Source of the DNA: Nitrososphaeria archaeon
GTDB taxonomy: Archaea; Thermoproteota; Nitrososphaeria; JACIWG01
Length of the DNA stretch: 52,900 nucleotides
NCBI GenBank assembly: GCA_050011875.1
Contig: JBEKIG010000017.1
Coordinates: 1-52,900 of the forward strand
Reading direction: 5' to 3'
The first letter of the stretch is position 1. Every line of letters begins with the position of its first letter. The position numbers and the translations under genes were made by a program. The notes under the pieces are model-generated. The model saw only the letters and a list, made by a program, of their open reading frames with translations. It was not told the origin of the DNA and made no database searches. Positions 1-10,500 of the stretch are shown piece after piece.

Positions 1-350
1 ATATTTTTCACCCCTCTGTTTTCCATCATCTCACTAACCCCTTCTACAGGTTCAATCGCCCTTACCAAAACGCACCCCAGATTATTGGTAGTTATGTTAA
101 AACAGAAATGGTTTCCATACACAAAATATATATAGGAAAGCCCTGGTCCTATGAAAAAGACTTTATTTCTTGAAGTACGGCCTCTGAATGCGTGGCTTGC
201 TGGGTCCTCCTTTCCCTTGTATGCTTCAACCTCAACAATTTTTCCAGCTAGTTTCGTTCCATTATAACATCTTATCAGATACTTACCTAATAGGTCCTGT
301 GAAACTAAGAGGGCATCGCGATCGTAAAAAGGTCTGCTGATTACATCCAT
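1..350 (-). CDS. mpg: DNA-3-methyladenine glycosylase (MPG/AAG family), runs off the window start
   Basis: Not in the ORF track. Manual translation from ATG at 350 gives MDVISRPFYDRDALLVSQDLLGKYL...GKIVEVEAYKGKEDPASHAFRGRTSRNKVFF...YIYFVYGNHFCFNI...GAVLVRAIEP, with the family's IVEVEAY, ASH, YG.HFC.N and AVLVRA motifs. Confidence 0.92.
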   Translation of the reverse strand, partial: MDVISRPFYDRDALLVSQDLLGKYLIRCYNGTKLAGKIVEVEAYKGKEDPASHAFRGRTSRNKVFFIGPGLSYIYFVYGNHFCFNITTNNLGCVLVRAIEPVEGVSEMMENRGVKN

Positions 351-548
351 TTGTGCTGCAGTAGAATTCTAGGCAAAATTTAAATTTATCTACAACAATT
401 TTCTAGATATATGATGTGCATATATGAAAAAATACGGAAAAAATATGGAGACTTCACCCTTACAAGATCCAAGTATCTCTTTCACCGTTTCTCCGATTTC
501 CGCTTTGCCGTAAATCTATTTTCTCTTTAGGATATATTCCTTAGCGAA

Positions 549-1481
549 TTATCCCTGTGCCAAGTAATGGTATATGAGTTTCCCAAGTTCCATTTTGATC
601 TTGTGCCTTCCAAAGAAGTCTCTACAGTTCGGATCCATACATTCAATATAAATCCACTTGTCTCTTAACAATTGTGATACTCCTTCCACGCTAAACTCTA
701 CCTCTTGTTGCAACTTGCACTTGTCGCAAGTGATGGGCCAAGGGCCTTCTAAGAGTTTCAGAGAATTTGTAACAATCTTGCTTTCCAGTTCCATACTTAT
801 TGGCTGCACATGTGCCCTGATCCAGTTAGGCCATTCAACATTCTTCAGTTGGTTGAGCTTTGTCAAAGCTTTTTTATCAGATTCTTCTCCGACCCTTCTT
901 ATGAACTCCCGGTCTACCCTTGAACTGACTTCGTTTGAAATTATCTTGATAACTGCATCCGCAACACCTTTTTCTGATAGCTCCTTAAGCCAAACGCCTT
1001 TTCCTATACCAAGTTTTAGGTAATTGCAAGCTGTGTCCAATACTTCCTTTGGTTTTTGATTCTTCTCCCACTCTATCTTCATTCCATTGAAATGCTCTTC
1101 AGCTAGCTTCTTAACCTCTTCTTCTTTTGCCTTCAGAAAGGCTACTTGACCCTCTTTCAGTGTCTTTCCTTCGGTTGTGGCTTTAAGCTGTTCTAGGTCA
1201 CCTATCCTTGATTCAAGTTCCTTGTTTCTTGTGTTAAAGTTTTGAACTTCAGCCTCCAGAGTTTTAATTCTTACCTCTTCTTCGCCTAACTTGGCATGGA
1301 GGTCAGCATTCCTGTTAACGTTATCCTGCAGCCCTTTCTCCAAATTTGATTTTGTACTTTCAAGCTCCTCTGTCTTCTTTAACAATTCATCCCTTTCCTT
1401 CACTACTTTGTCGTAGTCTTTTATTGCCTCAAGTTTGCCGATTTCTTGTTTGATCTTATCTAGGCTCATGCTAACTTGCAC
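549..1481 (-). CDS. Hypothetical protein with N-terminal coiled coil and C-terminal Zn-ribbon
   Basis: 310-aa ORF with a heptad-rich N-terminal ~140 aa and CDKC...CMDPNC near the C-terminus. It overlaps the stop of the upstream gene. Confidence 0.75.
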   Translation of the reverse strand: MQVSMSLDKIKQEIGKLEAIKDYDKVVKERDELLKKTEELESTKSNLEKGLQDNVNRNADLHAKLGEEEVRIKTLEAEVQNFNTRNKELESRIGDLEQLKATTEGKTLKEGQVAFLKAKEEEVKKLAEEHFNGMKIEWEKNQKPKEVLDTACNYLKLGIGKGVWLKELSEKGVADAVIKIISNEVSSRVDREFIRRVGEESDKKALTKLNQLKNVEWPNWIRAHVQPISMELESKIVTNSLKLLEGPWPITCDKCKLQQEVEFSVEGVSQLLRDKWIYIECMDPNCRDFFGRHKIKMELGKLIYHYLAQG

Positions 1482-3054
1482 CCGCTTTATCTAACGACGC
1501 CTTGACAACGCAGGCTGTGATAGCTCTACACGCCCAGTCGAGCACTTCGAGTAATTCTACCTCACTAAAGGCGCTTGGGTATGGACGTTTTGAATAAACT
1601 GTGGCATCCATGACGTCTTTCAGAACAAATTTTTTGTTTAATCCAAGATTCTTTGCTTTGCTCGCTAAGCTCCTGATGATCTGCACCAGGTAATCTAAAT
1701 TTTCGATTTTGAGTTCAGACGGATATGTCCTTAGAGCTAATATTATCTTTGCCTCTTCAACTTCCTCTCCAAATTCCTCTCCAAACCGTTCTGCTTCAGT
1801 CTTTAGAGCTTGGAGCCTGCTGGAGTATTCCCTTCCTTCACTTATTGCTGTGTCACGCTTTTTCTCTAAGCTGTAAGTGTCTCCTTTGAGCTGCGCAATA
1901 TTTGCCTCATATTTTCTTATAATATTTTCCAGCACATTAACCTTGTCCACAATTGCCTTGAGACTACCATAGCTTTTGATGGCCTCTATCACTTCCTTCG
2001 GGCTGCCATATTCTTCAGCGATTGCAATCAAACTTTCAATGGTATCTAAATTGAACCCGTATGTCAAGTCCAGCTTCCTACACATTTCTACAGCCTTGAT
2101 CATTTGAGCGTTCTCCGTCCTAAGCTTATTTGCTCTATTTTCCAAATCCTTCTCATTTCGTTCTTTTTCAGAAATTCTTGAACTGATGTCTACAAGGCTT
2201 CCGAAGCTGTTGACAGCCCTAATGACGCCTCCGATGCTTCCAAACTTTTCACGTGCCTTGCTGAGTTCTTGGAGGGCTGCTTCGTCAAGGCCTTTCCCTT
2301 TCAAGTTATCGTATTTTTTCAGCGGTTCCTCAATTTCTTTCCTCTTTTGGTTTAGACCTGAAATTTCTTTAGTTAAACTGTTTATTTCAATTTCTAACTT
2401 GATCTTTTTTGAATCATATACTTTCAAGTTCCGCTGAAGTTCAGCAAGGGAATTGTACGTATTGATAGCTTGAATAACAAACTCATATTTTCCATATTTT
2501 TCTAGTAATGTGTACATGTTCTTTAAATGGTCTGGAGCGAGTCCCATCAATTCATATCTTTTTTTATATTCGAGTATCTGTTTTAGCTGATCGACCGTAA
2601 TCTTCGAGAGGGTAAGGGAGTTATTTGTCTTAATCAGTTCTCCTATGCTAGCTTTCGCAGCTTCTGTTGCCTTCAACAGATCCGTAACTGCTTCGAGGCT
2701 AGTCCCCTTTGAATCCAAACTTGACTTAATCGAAATTAGTGCTTTAACGTCTTCTAGTGTCAAATTCATGTCTACTAATTGTAATAAAAGTTGCATTATG
2801 TTCCTCTTTTGGCTCGAATCTTTGACAGTGGTACCTCTAGTGTAAATTTTTACTGTAGGTTCTCGCCACCCTCCATCCGTCAAATTACTTATTTCCATGT
2901 TTGTATAACCCAATTCCCTAAGCGTTTTCATAAGTTTTTTAGCCCTAATCAAATCCAATTTGGAAAGTGGCTTTCTCCTTCCAAGCTCCTTCAGCTCTCT
3001 TAAAATATCTTCTAAACCATTAGTATCGACATCATTATCTTTTGATGACATCAT
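1471..3054 (-). CDS. Coiled-coil protein with possible N-terminal HTH and three internal repeats
   Basis: 527-aa ORF with an HTH-like segment LRELGYTNMEISNLT...EPTVKIY. Three G[LF]...[YF]G...VI.A[IV]..[YF].SL units are each followed by coiled coil. Confidence 0.75.
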   Translation of the reverse strand: MMSSKDNDVDTNGLEDILRELKELGRRKPLSKLDLIRAKKLMKTLRELGYTNMEISNLTDGGWREPTVKIYTRGTTVKDSSQKRNIMQLLLQLVDMNLTLEDVKALISIKSSLDSKGTSLEAVTDLLKATEAAKASIGELIKTNNSLTLSKITVDQLKQILEYKKRYELMGLAPDHLKNMYTLLEKYGKYEFVIQAINTYNSLAELQRNLKVYDSKKIKLEIEINSLTKEISGLNQKRKEIEEPLKKYDNLKGKGLDEAALQELSKAREKFGSIGGVIRAVNSFGSLVDISSRISEKERNEKDLENRANKLRTENAQMIKAVEMCRKLDLTYGFNLDTIESLIAIAEEYGSPKEVIEAIKSYGSLKAIVDKVNVLENIIRKYEANIAQLKGDTYSLEKKRDTAISEGREYSSRLQALKTEAERFGEEFGEEVEEAKIILALRTYPSELKIENLDYLVQIIRSLASKAKNLGLNKKFVLKDVMDATVYSKRPYPSAFSEVELLEVLDWACRAITACVVKASLDKAGAS

Positions 3055-3113
3055 GCGTCACGTTTAATGTTTATAAAACAAAATATAATAATTAGGACAT
3101 AACGATAGAATGT

Positions 3114-3129
3114 TTTGGATGCATCCAAA
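3114..3129. promoter_or_regulatory. Perfect 16-bp palindrome TTTGGATGCATCCAAA, candidate operator
   Basis: Self-complementary sequence in the 100-bp gap between divergent genes, 25 bp upstream of the wHTH gene. Confidence 0.6.
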
Positions 3130-3154
3130 TCTTTGCTTATTTTGAGCAGAGTGA

Positions 3155-3922
3155 ATGCTTGAAATGAAGAAAAAAAGGGTCCATTGGCTGGAGAAGAAGG
3201 AGCCTAGAAGTAGTCGTAGAATTATAAGAAGGTACTATGAAATATTGAAGTTTCTAGCTTTGGAAGGCCCCCTTAACGCTTATCAACTAGCTAATAAGGT
3301 CAAGCACTTTAGCAGGCAGCAGATTAATAGAGATTTGGCATACTTGGCAAAAGGTAGTTTGATTCAACGGGTTGAACTCCAGCAAAAAACTAGACCTGGG
3401 GCAAAATACTATGACGTAAAAGAAGAACAAGGGGTAGAAGCTATGCTGTATTTCCAGCACATCATAAGCTTCGATGACCTTATCCGTTGCATTGCAAAGA
3501 GAGGTCAAATAGTCAGACTTTTCGAAGGGACAGAAGGCCTAGCTGAAGAACTGAAGGACATCTCCAAATTTGTTACAAGTAGGAGCTACATTTGGACAGT
3601 ATTGAGTACGCATTTCCCCCACGAGATAAATACGCCAGAAGATCTTCATTCGAGAGAATACAGGACCTATGATGACGACTTAGCATATCATATTTATGAA
3701 ACCACAATTAGGGATATTGAATTTTCTCTACTTATTCAACTCATACTAAGAGATAACCAAACGATCAAAGAAAGGATCAAAGACATTTTAGACAAGGATC
3801 CTAAGTTACGTTCTGCCATTCTCCAAGTGATAGAAGAATATGTAAGTGAATATATTAAGTTTAGACAGGAAATGGATGATCAAATCCAAAAAATGACAAA
3901 AATACGTGATTCCTTAAACTAA
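3155..3922 (+). CDS. Winged-helix DNA-binding protein with uncharacterised C-terminal domain
   Basis: N-terminal EILKFLALEGPLNAYQLANKVKHFSRQQINRDLAYLAKGSLIQRV...KYY fits a wHTH pattern. Confidence 0.75.
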   Translation: MLEMKKKRVHWLEKKEPRSSRRIIRRYYEILKFLALEGPLNAYQLANKVKHFSRQQINRDLAYLAKGSLIQRVELQQKTRPGAKYYDVKEEQGVEAMLYFQHIISFDDLIRCIAKRGQIVRLFEGTEGLAEELKDISKFVTSRSYIWTVLSTHFPHEINTPEDLHSREYRTYDDDLAYHIYETTIRDIEFSLLIQLILRDNQTIKERIKDILDKDPKLRSAILQVIEEYVSEYIKFRQEMDDQIQKMTKIRDSLN

Positions 3923-3981
3923 CTGGGAGATCAGTGCAATTAAGCAAAGGCGCGAAGGGACAATTAAAGGTTAGAGTAGTC

Positions 3982-4252
3982 GATAATAGGGATAATAGGG
4001 ATAATATAGAAAGATAATACGGATAATTGTAGATAATAGCAGATGATAATGGAGTCTAATTTGGGCGATAAATGTTGCATTAGAGTGCATGCAACTTTTA
4101 CTGGAAAACACTGGGCTATGTCTGGGGTGATGACCTTATAGTTGACGCCCAGCTAATGCTAAGATCTTGTCCAATAATATCTTATAATCAGCTATTATCC
4201 TCCAGCATTATCATCGATATCCTACTATTATCCTTTTGTTAATATCATTATC
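3982..4252. repeat. Inverted arrays of a GATAAT core (7 forward copies, 4 reverse ATTATC copies) around a spacer with short inverted repeats
   Basis: GATAAT at 3982, 3991, 4000, 4013, 4022, 4032 and 4045. ATTATC at 4194, 4207, 4227 and 4247. GTTGCAT/ATGCAAC at 4074-4095 and CTGGGC/GCCCAG at 4111-4152. Confidence 0.85.
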
Positions 4253-4517
4253 TGCAACACTTAGCAATTGAACTAAAGTGATCGTACAAGAGATAAATAG
4301 AAGTTTGATGACGTAATCATGAATTGGATGTGAAACTTGAGCTAAGACCTGAAATTGCATCAGCATATAGGAACCTGTAGAGATATGAAAGTCACTTAAA
4401 GGCAAAAAACTTATGCTAATTCTTTAATATCTAGAGCAACAGTATCGTATTCGAAGCTTACAAAAAAAGGGAGTGGACCCAGCCGCAAGACATATTTCTA
4501 ACCCATACTAGTTGTAA

Positions 4518-7508
4518 ATGCTCAACATGGAGAAAGAGGAACCGCCAAGGTACTCTCTCGTCAAGATAAAAGGTAGAGAAAATGAGGGTACGCTGTTTGT
4601 CATAGATTATGTCGACGGGCTCAGGGGAAAAAAGGCAGAGTTAAAATCAATTTCACTTGACTCTCAAATCATAAAAGGTGTACCCATCGAGCAACTGGAA
4701 TATGTTTCACCAATCACTCGTAATCCAATTGACTATTTCACCAAAGTTGTTGTTCAAGGGCTAGAGTCAAGAGTTGGAGAGATTGCCCATCCCGTCTTTC
4801 ATTGCAATACAATCTTCAAAGCTTACCAGTTCAGGCCACTGCTAAAGTACATTAAAAATCCTGATAGAAGATTATTAATAGCTGATGAAACCGGCTTAGG
4901 TAAGACAATAGAGGCCGGCTACATCATAATCAATGAGATGTCTGAAAGTGCTATTAAAAGAATTGTTATAATCTGTCCATCAAATATCGAGCGTAAATGG
5001 AAAGGAGAACTTTGGTACAGATTTGGTTTGAGATTTGATATCGTCTCAGGTAAAGAGCTCCTAAATCTGATTTCTAACCATGGAGAATTCTATTGCATTG
5101 CATCGATGGATTCCATCAGGTCATTCGGGGAAGACGAGCTATTTGGCCTTCCCCTTAAGAGTGAAATCGACTTGTTAATCATTGATGAGATTCATCATTT
5201 GATAGGTAGAGAAGGAGAGACACTAAGGCGCAAGCTTGGCTTGGCTTTGTCATCGATTTCGAAACGAGTAATCGGATTAACAGCAACGCCTATTCACCTT
5301 GATTTTCTTGATTTGAAAAGAATCTTCGATGTTATTTATCCAGGTTTCATAACAGAAGATAGATTTGAAAGAGAAATGCGAACTAATTCCCATCTGAACA
5401 GACTTTATCGAATCTTAAGTAAAAATGATTGGAATGGTGATGAATTGAAACATTTCTTAGATGAAGTAAGGGATTTTCAACAAGAGTTGAGCAGCCAGGA
5501 TGATTTGAATCAATTCATAGGGACGATGAAAGATAGAATCTTAGCGGTTAACGGGGACAAGAAGATTAGATACGGAATAAGGAAAGAAATTCGCGATAGA
5601 AACACTTTTTCGAAGATATTCACAAGAACAACAAAGGTTGAAGTAGGCGAAAAAAGGACAAGAGTCATCCGGAATGAAAAGATTTCACTAAGCTCCAACT
5701 TCTATGAAGCCTACCAAGAAGGCCGCCTAGTGAAGGTTTCAGAGAAGACACTATTCAAGGAGATTGATGATTTTGTTCAAAAATCATTCTATCCTGTACA
5801 TAGAAGACAACTATCTTCTTGTCTCCCTGCAATGATAAATCTTTTGCGTAATGGGATGAGAGGTTTCAACATTTGGATTAACGACGCATTGAATGAATTG
5901 GATGTGAGCTTAAATGAAAGCGAAAGGAACTACTGCATGGAGTTGGTAAACAAATCTGGTTTACTAAGGGAAGACAGTAAATGGAATAGATTGGTGGAAA
6001 CAATCAATGACCTACGCATTCATAAGTCCGCAAGAAAGGTAATAGTCTTCACAGAATGGATTCCCACTATCAACTACCTCACTCGAAGGAAAAATGACTT
6101 GGACTGTACTTGCTATGTTATCTCCGGCTTAGATAACGAAGAATCAAGATTCCTATCAGTGCAATCTTTTCAAAGACATGAAGGCTTTGCTGTCTTGTTC
6201 ACAACAGATGTTATGTCTGAAGGCATAGACCTCCAGAGTGCTGACTGTATTATAAATTACGATCTTCCTTACAACCCTCAAAAAATTGAGCAGAGGATTG
6301 GCAGAATTGACCGAGTTGGACAGAAATCGGAAACACTCCTAGTTATAAACATGATATTAGAGGAATCTACTGATGAAGCAGTCTATAATATCCTTCTTGA
6401 GAGGCTTGGTGTTTTTGAGGAGGCTATAGGTGATTTGCCTGATATTCTGTTAGAGAAAGTTGAGAGAAATAGTGTAATAGATGAAGACTCCGTCTTTCAA
6501 GCTTTAAGGGAATATGAGGTGAAGCATGAATTAATGCAGAGCGATTTGCTGGTAGGTATAGATGATGTACTCGATGATGAGATTCGAATAACGTATCTGC
6601 AAGACCAAAGGGATGAATATAAACTCAGATGGATGGTGTTTGAACGGTTTATGTACATACTCTTAGGAAAAGAGAAGCTGGATAAAGCCATACCAGATGG
6701 GTGTTCTTTAATTTTCCGAGAACTCGATTCATCAGATATAGACGTTTTATCAAACCTAGTACAAATAAACGAGAAAGCCTTAGTTCTCGCTGAACTTCAA
6801 AGTGCTGTAAGTAAGGATAGAACTCTCAGCATAGCTTTTCGAAAGGGTGCAGATGGTTTATACCTCACACCTTTCCATCCACTCATGCGGAAGGCAACGG
6901 AGATTTGCTACCAATCCTTCTATCAAGATATGAACCTTGATAGTGTTGAAACCGAGAATTTAGTTTTACGGGGTGACCTGGAGCGAGGAAAGGATAAAAC
7001 GAGGTTCCTCTTCTTGGTTGAATTTAAATTTGAAGGGGAGGTTTCGAAAAGTAGGGAATGGTTCTGGTGGTCATTTGATAAGAACGAGGAAACTAAAATT
7101 CTGGATACCTCGCCCTTAGAAGACTTGTGGAAGGGGTACAAAGAAAAGAAATTGTTGATTGAACTATCAACCATGGGTTATGAAAAACCAAGCTTACTCC
7201 AAAGTGAAATTCTCCGGAGGCTTGAAACTTGGAAAAATGAAATGGGGAAAAAGGATTTTGAAAATCATTTAGCAACGTGCAAGGCTGAAACGCAAAGGTT
7301 CAATGAGCAATTGCTTGAGATACAAAAGATGTTGAACCGTGAAACCGACTCAACAAAGGTCAATAGGCTTCAATCAGTAAAAAAGGAATTGGAAAGGAAG
7401 TTGGAGGATTCAAAATCTGTCTATAAAGAACTTCAATCCGGCCATCATTCTTATAAGGATGGTCGTTCAAGTTATCGTATTGTAATGGTGTTAAGTTTTG
7501 GGACATGA
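4518..7508 (+). CDS. SNF2-family (RapA/HepA-like) helicase, related to DrmD/DpdE types
   Basis: Motifs LIADETGLGKT, LLIIDEIHH, LTATP, SEGIDLQ and EQRIGRIDRVGQ, plus a C-terminal coiled coil. Confidence 0.92.
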   Translation: MLNMEKEEPPRYSLVKIKGRENEGTLFVIDYVDGLRGKKAELKSISLDSQIIKGVPIEQLEYVSPITRNPIDYFTKVVVQGLESRVGEIAHPVFHCNTIFKAYQFRPLLKYIKNPDRRLLIADETGLGKTIEAGYIIINEMSESAIKRIVIICPSNIERKWKGELWYRFGLRFDIVSGKELLNLISNHGEFYCIASMDSIRSFGEDELFGLPLKSEIDLLIIDEIHHLIGREGETLRRKLGLALSSISKRVIGLTATPIHLDFLDLKRIFDVIYPGFITEDRFEREMRTNSHLNRLYRILSKNDWNGDELKHFLDEVRDFQQELSSQDDLNQFIGTMKDRILAVNGDKKIRYGIRKEIRDRNTFSKIFTRTTKVEVGEKRTRVIRNEKISLSSNFYEAYQEGRLVKVSEKTLFKEIDDFVQKSFYPVHRRQLSSCLPAMINLLRNGMRGFNIWINDALNELDVSLNESERNYCMELVNKSGLLREDSKWNRLVETINDLRIHKSARKVIVFTEWIPTINYLTRRKNDLDCTCYVISGLDNEESRFLSVQSFQRHEGFAVLFTTDVMSEGIDLQSADCIINYDLPYNPQKIEQRIGRIDRVGQKSETLLVINMILEESTDEAVYNILLERLGVFEEAIGDLPDILLEKVERNSVIDEDSVFQALREYEVKHELMQSDLLVGIDDVLDDEIRITYLQDQRDEYKLRWMVFERFMYILLGKEKLDKAIPDGCSLIFRELDSSDIDVLSNLVQINEKALVLAELQSAVSKDRTLSIAFRKGADGLYLTPFHPLMRKATEICYQSFYQDMNLDSVETENLVLRGDLERGKDKTRFLFLVEFKFEGEVSKSREWFWWSFDKNEETKILDTSPLEDLWKGYKEKKLLIELSTMGYEKPSLLQSEILRRLETWKNEMGKKDFENHLATCKAETQRFNEQLLEIQKMLNRETDSTKVNRLQSVKKELERKLEDSKSVYKELQSGHHSYKDGRSSYRIVMVLSFGT

Positions 7509-10500
7509 ACCCCATGATGATTTTGTTTATTGCATAAAATGTCCTGAGAATAAAAGAACAGGGGATGAAAGGAGCCGATGTAGGAAAGAAGAGATTGAAG
7601 AGGACCAATGGGGAAAATGGACATGCTCCCGATGTAGGAGTGAAACGATAGGTTTACAATTAATCGATTTCATCAAAACAAGGATTTCGGTAACAGCAAC
7701 TGAGGATGAGGACCGTAGCAGGTTCATATTCAGAGAACTTCTTCAGAATGCTGACGATGTTAAATCCGTCATCCTAGTTCTACGATTTGAAGAAGATGCT
7801 CTATACGTAGCAAATGATGGAAGATCATTTACGACTACAATCGTCAACAACCAGTTAAGTGATTTTGATAGAATTTCTAGAATCTTAGGTAGACATCAAG
7901 CAGAGGACAAGGAAACCGTAGGCCATTTCAGTAGTGGTTTCCAAACCACGTATGCCATAACGAATTCACCCGAGGTTCACTCAAGTGGAATATCTGGGCA
8001 GATGAACCCTACAAGGAATACCTGGAACTATGAAATAGAAGAGAGGACTTCACCATACGTCCACAAAGAACGTAAAGGCGTCCTCTTCCGATTCCCTTGG
8101 AGGGACGACAATCGTGCTGAAGAAGAGATAGGTGGTATAAGGGCTTTTGAGGATTCAAATTACTGGCCTCGATGGAACGAAAAGGAAAGAAGAGGGCTTT
8201 ATGAAGACCTTAAGGGATATATTGCACAAGCTATACTCTGTTGTCAATACTTAGAAACAATACGTCTTATATGGCATGATGGAAGCCATTATGAAGGTTT
8301 CCAAGTTACTCGTGATTTTAAAACGAGGATTGATGATTCTGTACGACTTTCATTTGGATATGGATGGTTTTTAGGTATAGTTACACAGGGTCTTATAGAG
8401 CCTAAGACTTGGAAAGATGAATGGAACGAAAGCTTTCAAAGCGACGCATGGTCTTGGTGCAAGGGGATGCGGACCCTTCAATATCTGGTTGGGTACGCAA
8501 CTGTATCTGATAGTTCTGGAAAACCTTTGTATTTTGGGAAAAGACCGGATGGCTCATGTGTCGTAACTTCTAACCGTCAAGCTCTAGTCAAAGAATTGAA
8601 AAGAGGCGATATTCATCTACTCTTTCCTCTATTCGACATTACTACTCTCGATTCCAAATCTGACGGAAGAGCCTACCTCTATAGTGTTATACCTCTTCCT
8701 AAGAAAGGCCAAAACATGTTCGTCTTCACTGGGCATTTCTTCCCAACGGAAGATCGTAAGGATGTTGATGTCGAAGGCTATGGAGGTGTAAATAGAGAAT
8801 GGTACCAAACTGTGATGCTGAACGTTCTGTATTTGTATCAATACCTTTTCCCTTTCTTCTTAAAGGAAATTCAATCCCTCCAGGCTCCATCGGATGATTG
8901 TCAAAGAATCATTTTGAATTCAATCCCCGCCACGGTTCTCCCAGAGTGGATGAGACCCGGGAGGGAGGCGAAATCTGGATGGTGGGAGAAGGAACAAAAT
9001 CAGCTAATTAACTTCATTATTGATCAACCAATCTTTTTCACTAATGGTTCATGGATAAGCCCGATAAATGCTTATTGGGCTCAAAGTGATGATGAAAATG
9101 ATGTTCTGAAAACGATGAATATGAGAACTTTTACATCATCTTTCATTGAGCACCCCCATTTCAAAGCTTCATTGGCAAGCAAACTTGAATATAGGAAGCT
9201 AATAATAGCAGAAGATTTTCTCAGATTATGGGACGAGTTCGAAAGTAAGAACCATGACAACTCAGGCCAATTAATTTATCAACAAAGCCTCACTGGAGGA
9301 GGTATCCTTGATAAAGGAGCCGCCAATTCATTGATAAGATACTGCATTACAAGGGAAAACGCGTGGGATAAGACGACCAATCTTCCGATAATACCGGGAA
9401 AAGATAGTTTTTTGAGACCGATAAGGGAATACCCATTGTTACCGGAACAACTTGACTTCATGCTTGAAATAGTTCCTAAATCCAGACTAATCCATCCCGA
9501 TTTTAAATTATCTGAACTTAAAGAAAGAGTCAAACAACAAAGAGCCTCGACATACCTTGATGTAGTTAACCTGATTGATGAGATAGTTAATGAAAACCCA
9601 AGCCGCTTCTCTAACATGGATTCTAAGGATCATGCTCTTATCTCAAAGGTTTTAGTGACATTAGTGGAGAAAATGGGTTTTACCTTAAGTGAAAATATGA
9701 TCAATTTAAAATTCATACCTTATAAGCAAGGTAATTCAACTTCAATCGGGACTCCAAACACTCGGATAGTCAATGGTCATAAGGAGTTGATTAAAGGGGG
9801 CGCTCACATTGGAGAGAACTATATGAGAGATTCAATATTTGGTGTTCAGAGAATTCAAGTTCCAGGCATAACGCAAGAATTGGAAACTAAAATAAAGTTC
9901 CTCTCTATTCTTGGTTATGAAGAAGTATCTGAAATAGAAAATGCATTGTTTATCGTGAAGTTGATGGAGAATCCAAATGAACCGACCAATTTTATCAGAC
10001 ATTTTCTCTCACCTCGTCATGGATCGCTATTCAAAGATTCTATTCTCTGTGAATATATAGGAACTGATAATGTAGAGGTTATTCAAAAGAATAAAAAGGT
10101 TTTTCTAGACGCACTCAAATCATACTTTGACAGTCCAAAGAAAGAACAATACTTGACTCCAAAAGATATGTCTGGGGTTCCTTGTCTATATGATGAGGAA
10201 GGGAAATGGTATGGTGCTGGGGAATTTGCGCTTGAGATATATCCTGAATTAGAATTAATCGGCTATAAATCCCGGCATAAAGACTTTCAGAAATGGCCAA
10301 AAGAGACATTATTGGCTCTAGGTGCCGTTGAATCTCCTTCTTGTGCAAAAATCATTGAGGTCATCAGGAAATTAAGCCTAGAGAAGGAAAAAAATCGTAG
10401 AGTTCTAGCAGATATAGTAATTTGGCTACTTACATCGGATGTAGCTATAGACTCCGGGTTAAAAGAGATTGAAACATTAGCTTGGATTCCATCAACGGAT

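Noticed and set aside
549-3054. SMC/Wadjet-like proteins
   Set aside because: Coiled coils only, with no Walker A/B or ABC signature.
3982-4252. CRISPR array, and the 64-aa ORF 4211-4405
   Set aside because: The units are 6-bp cores with no unique spacers and no cas genes nearby. The ORF has no recognisable features.
4468-4486. Minus-strand GCGGCTGGGTCCACT as a tRNA-Ala-like att site
   Set aside because: Too short, has no T-loop and does not match the 23830 fragment.
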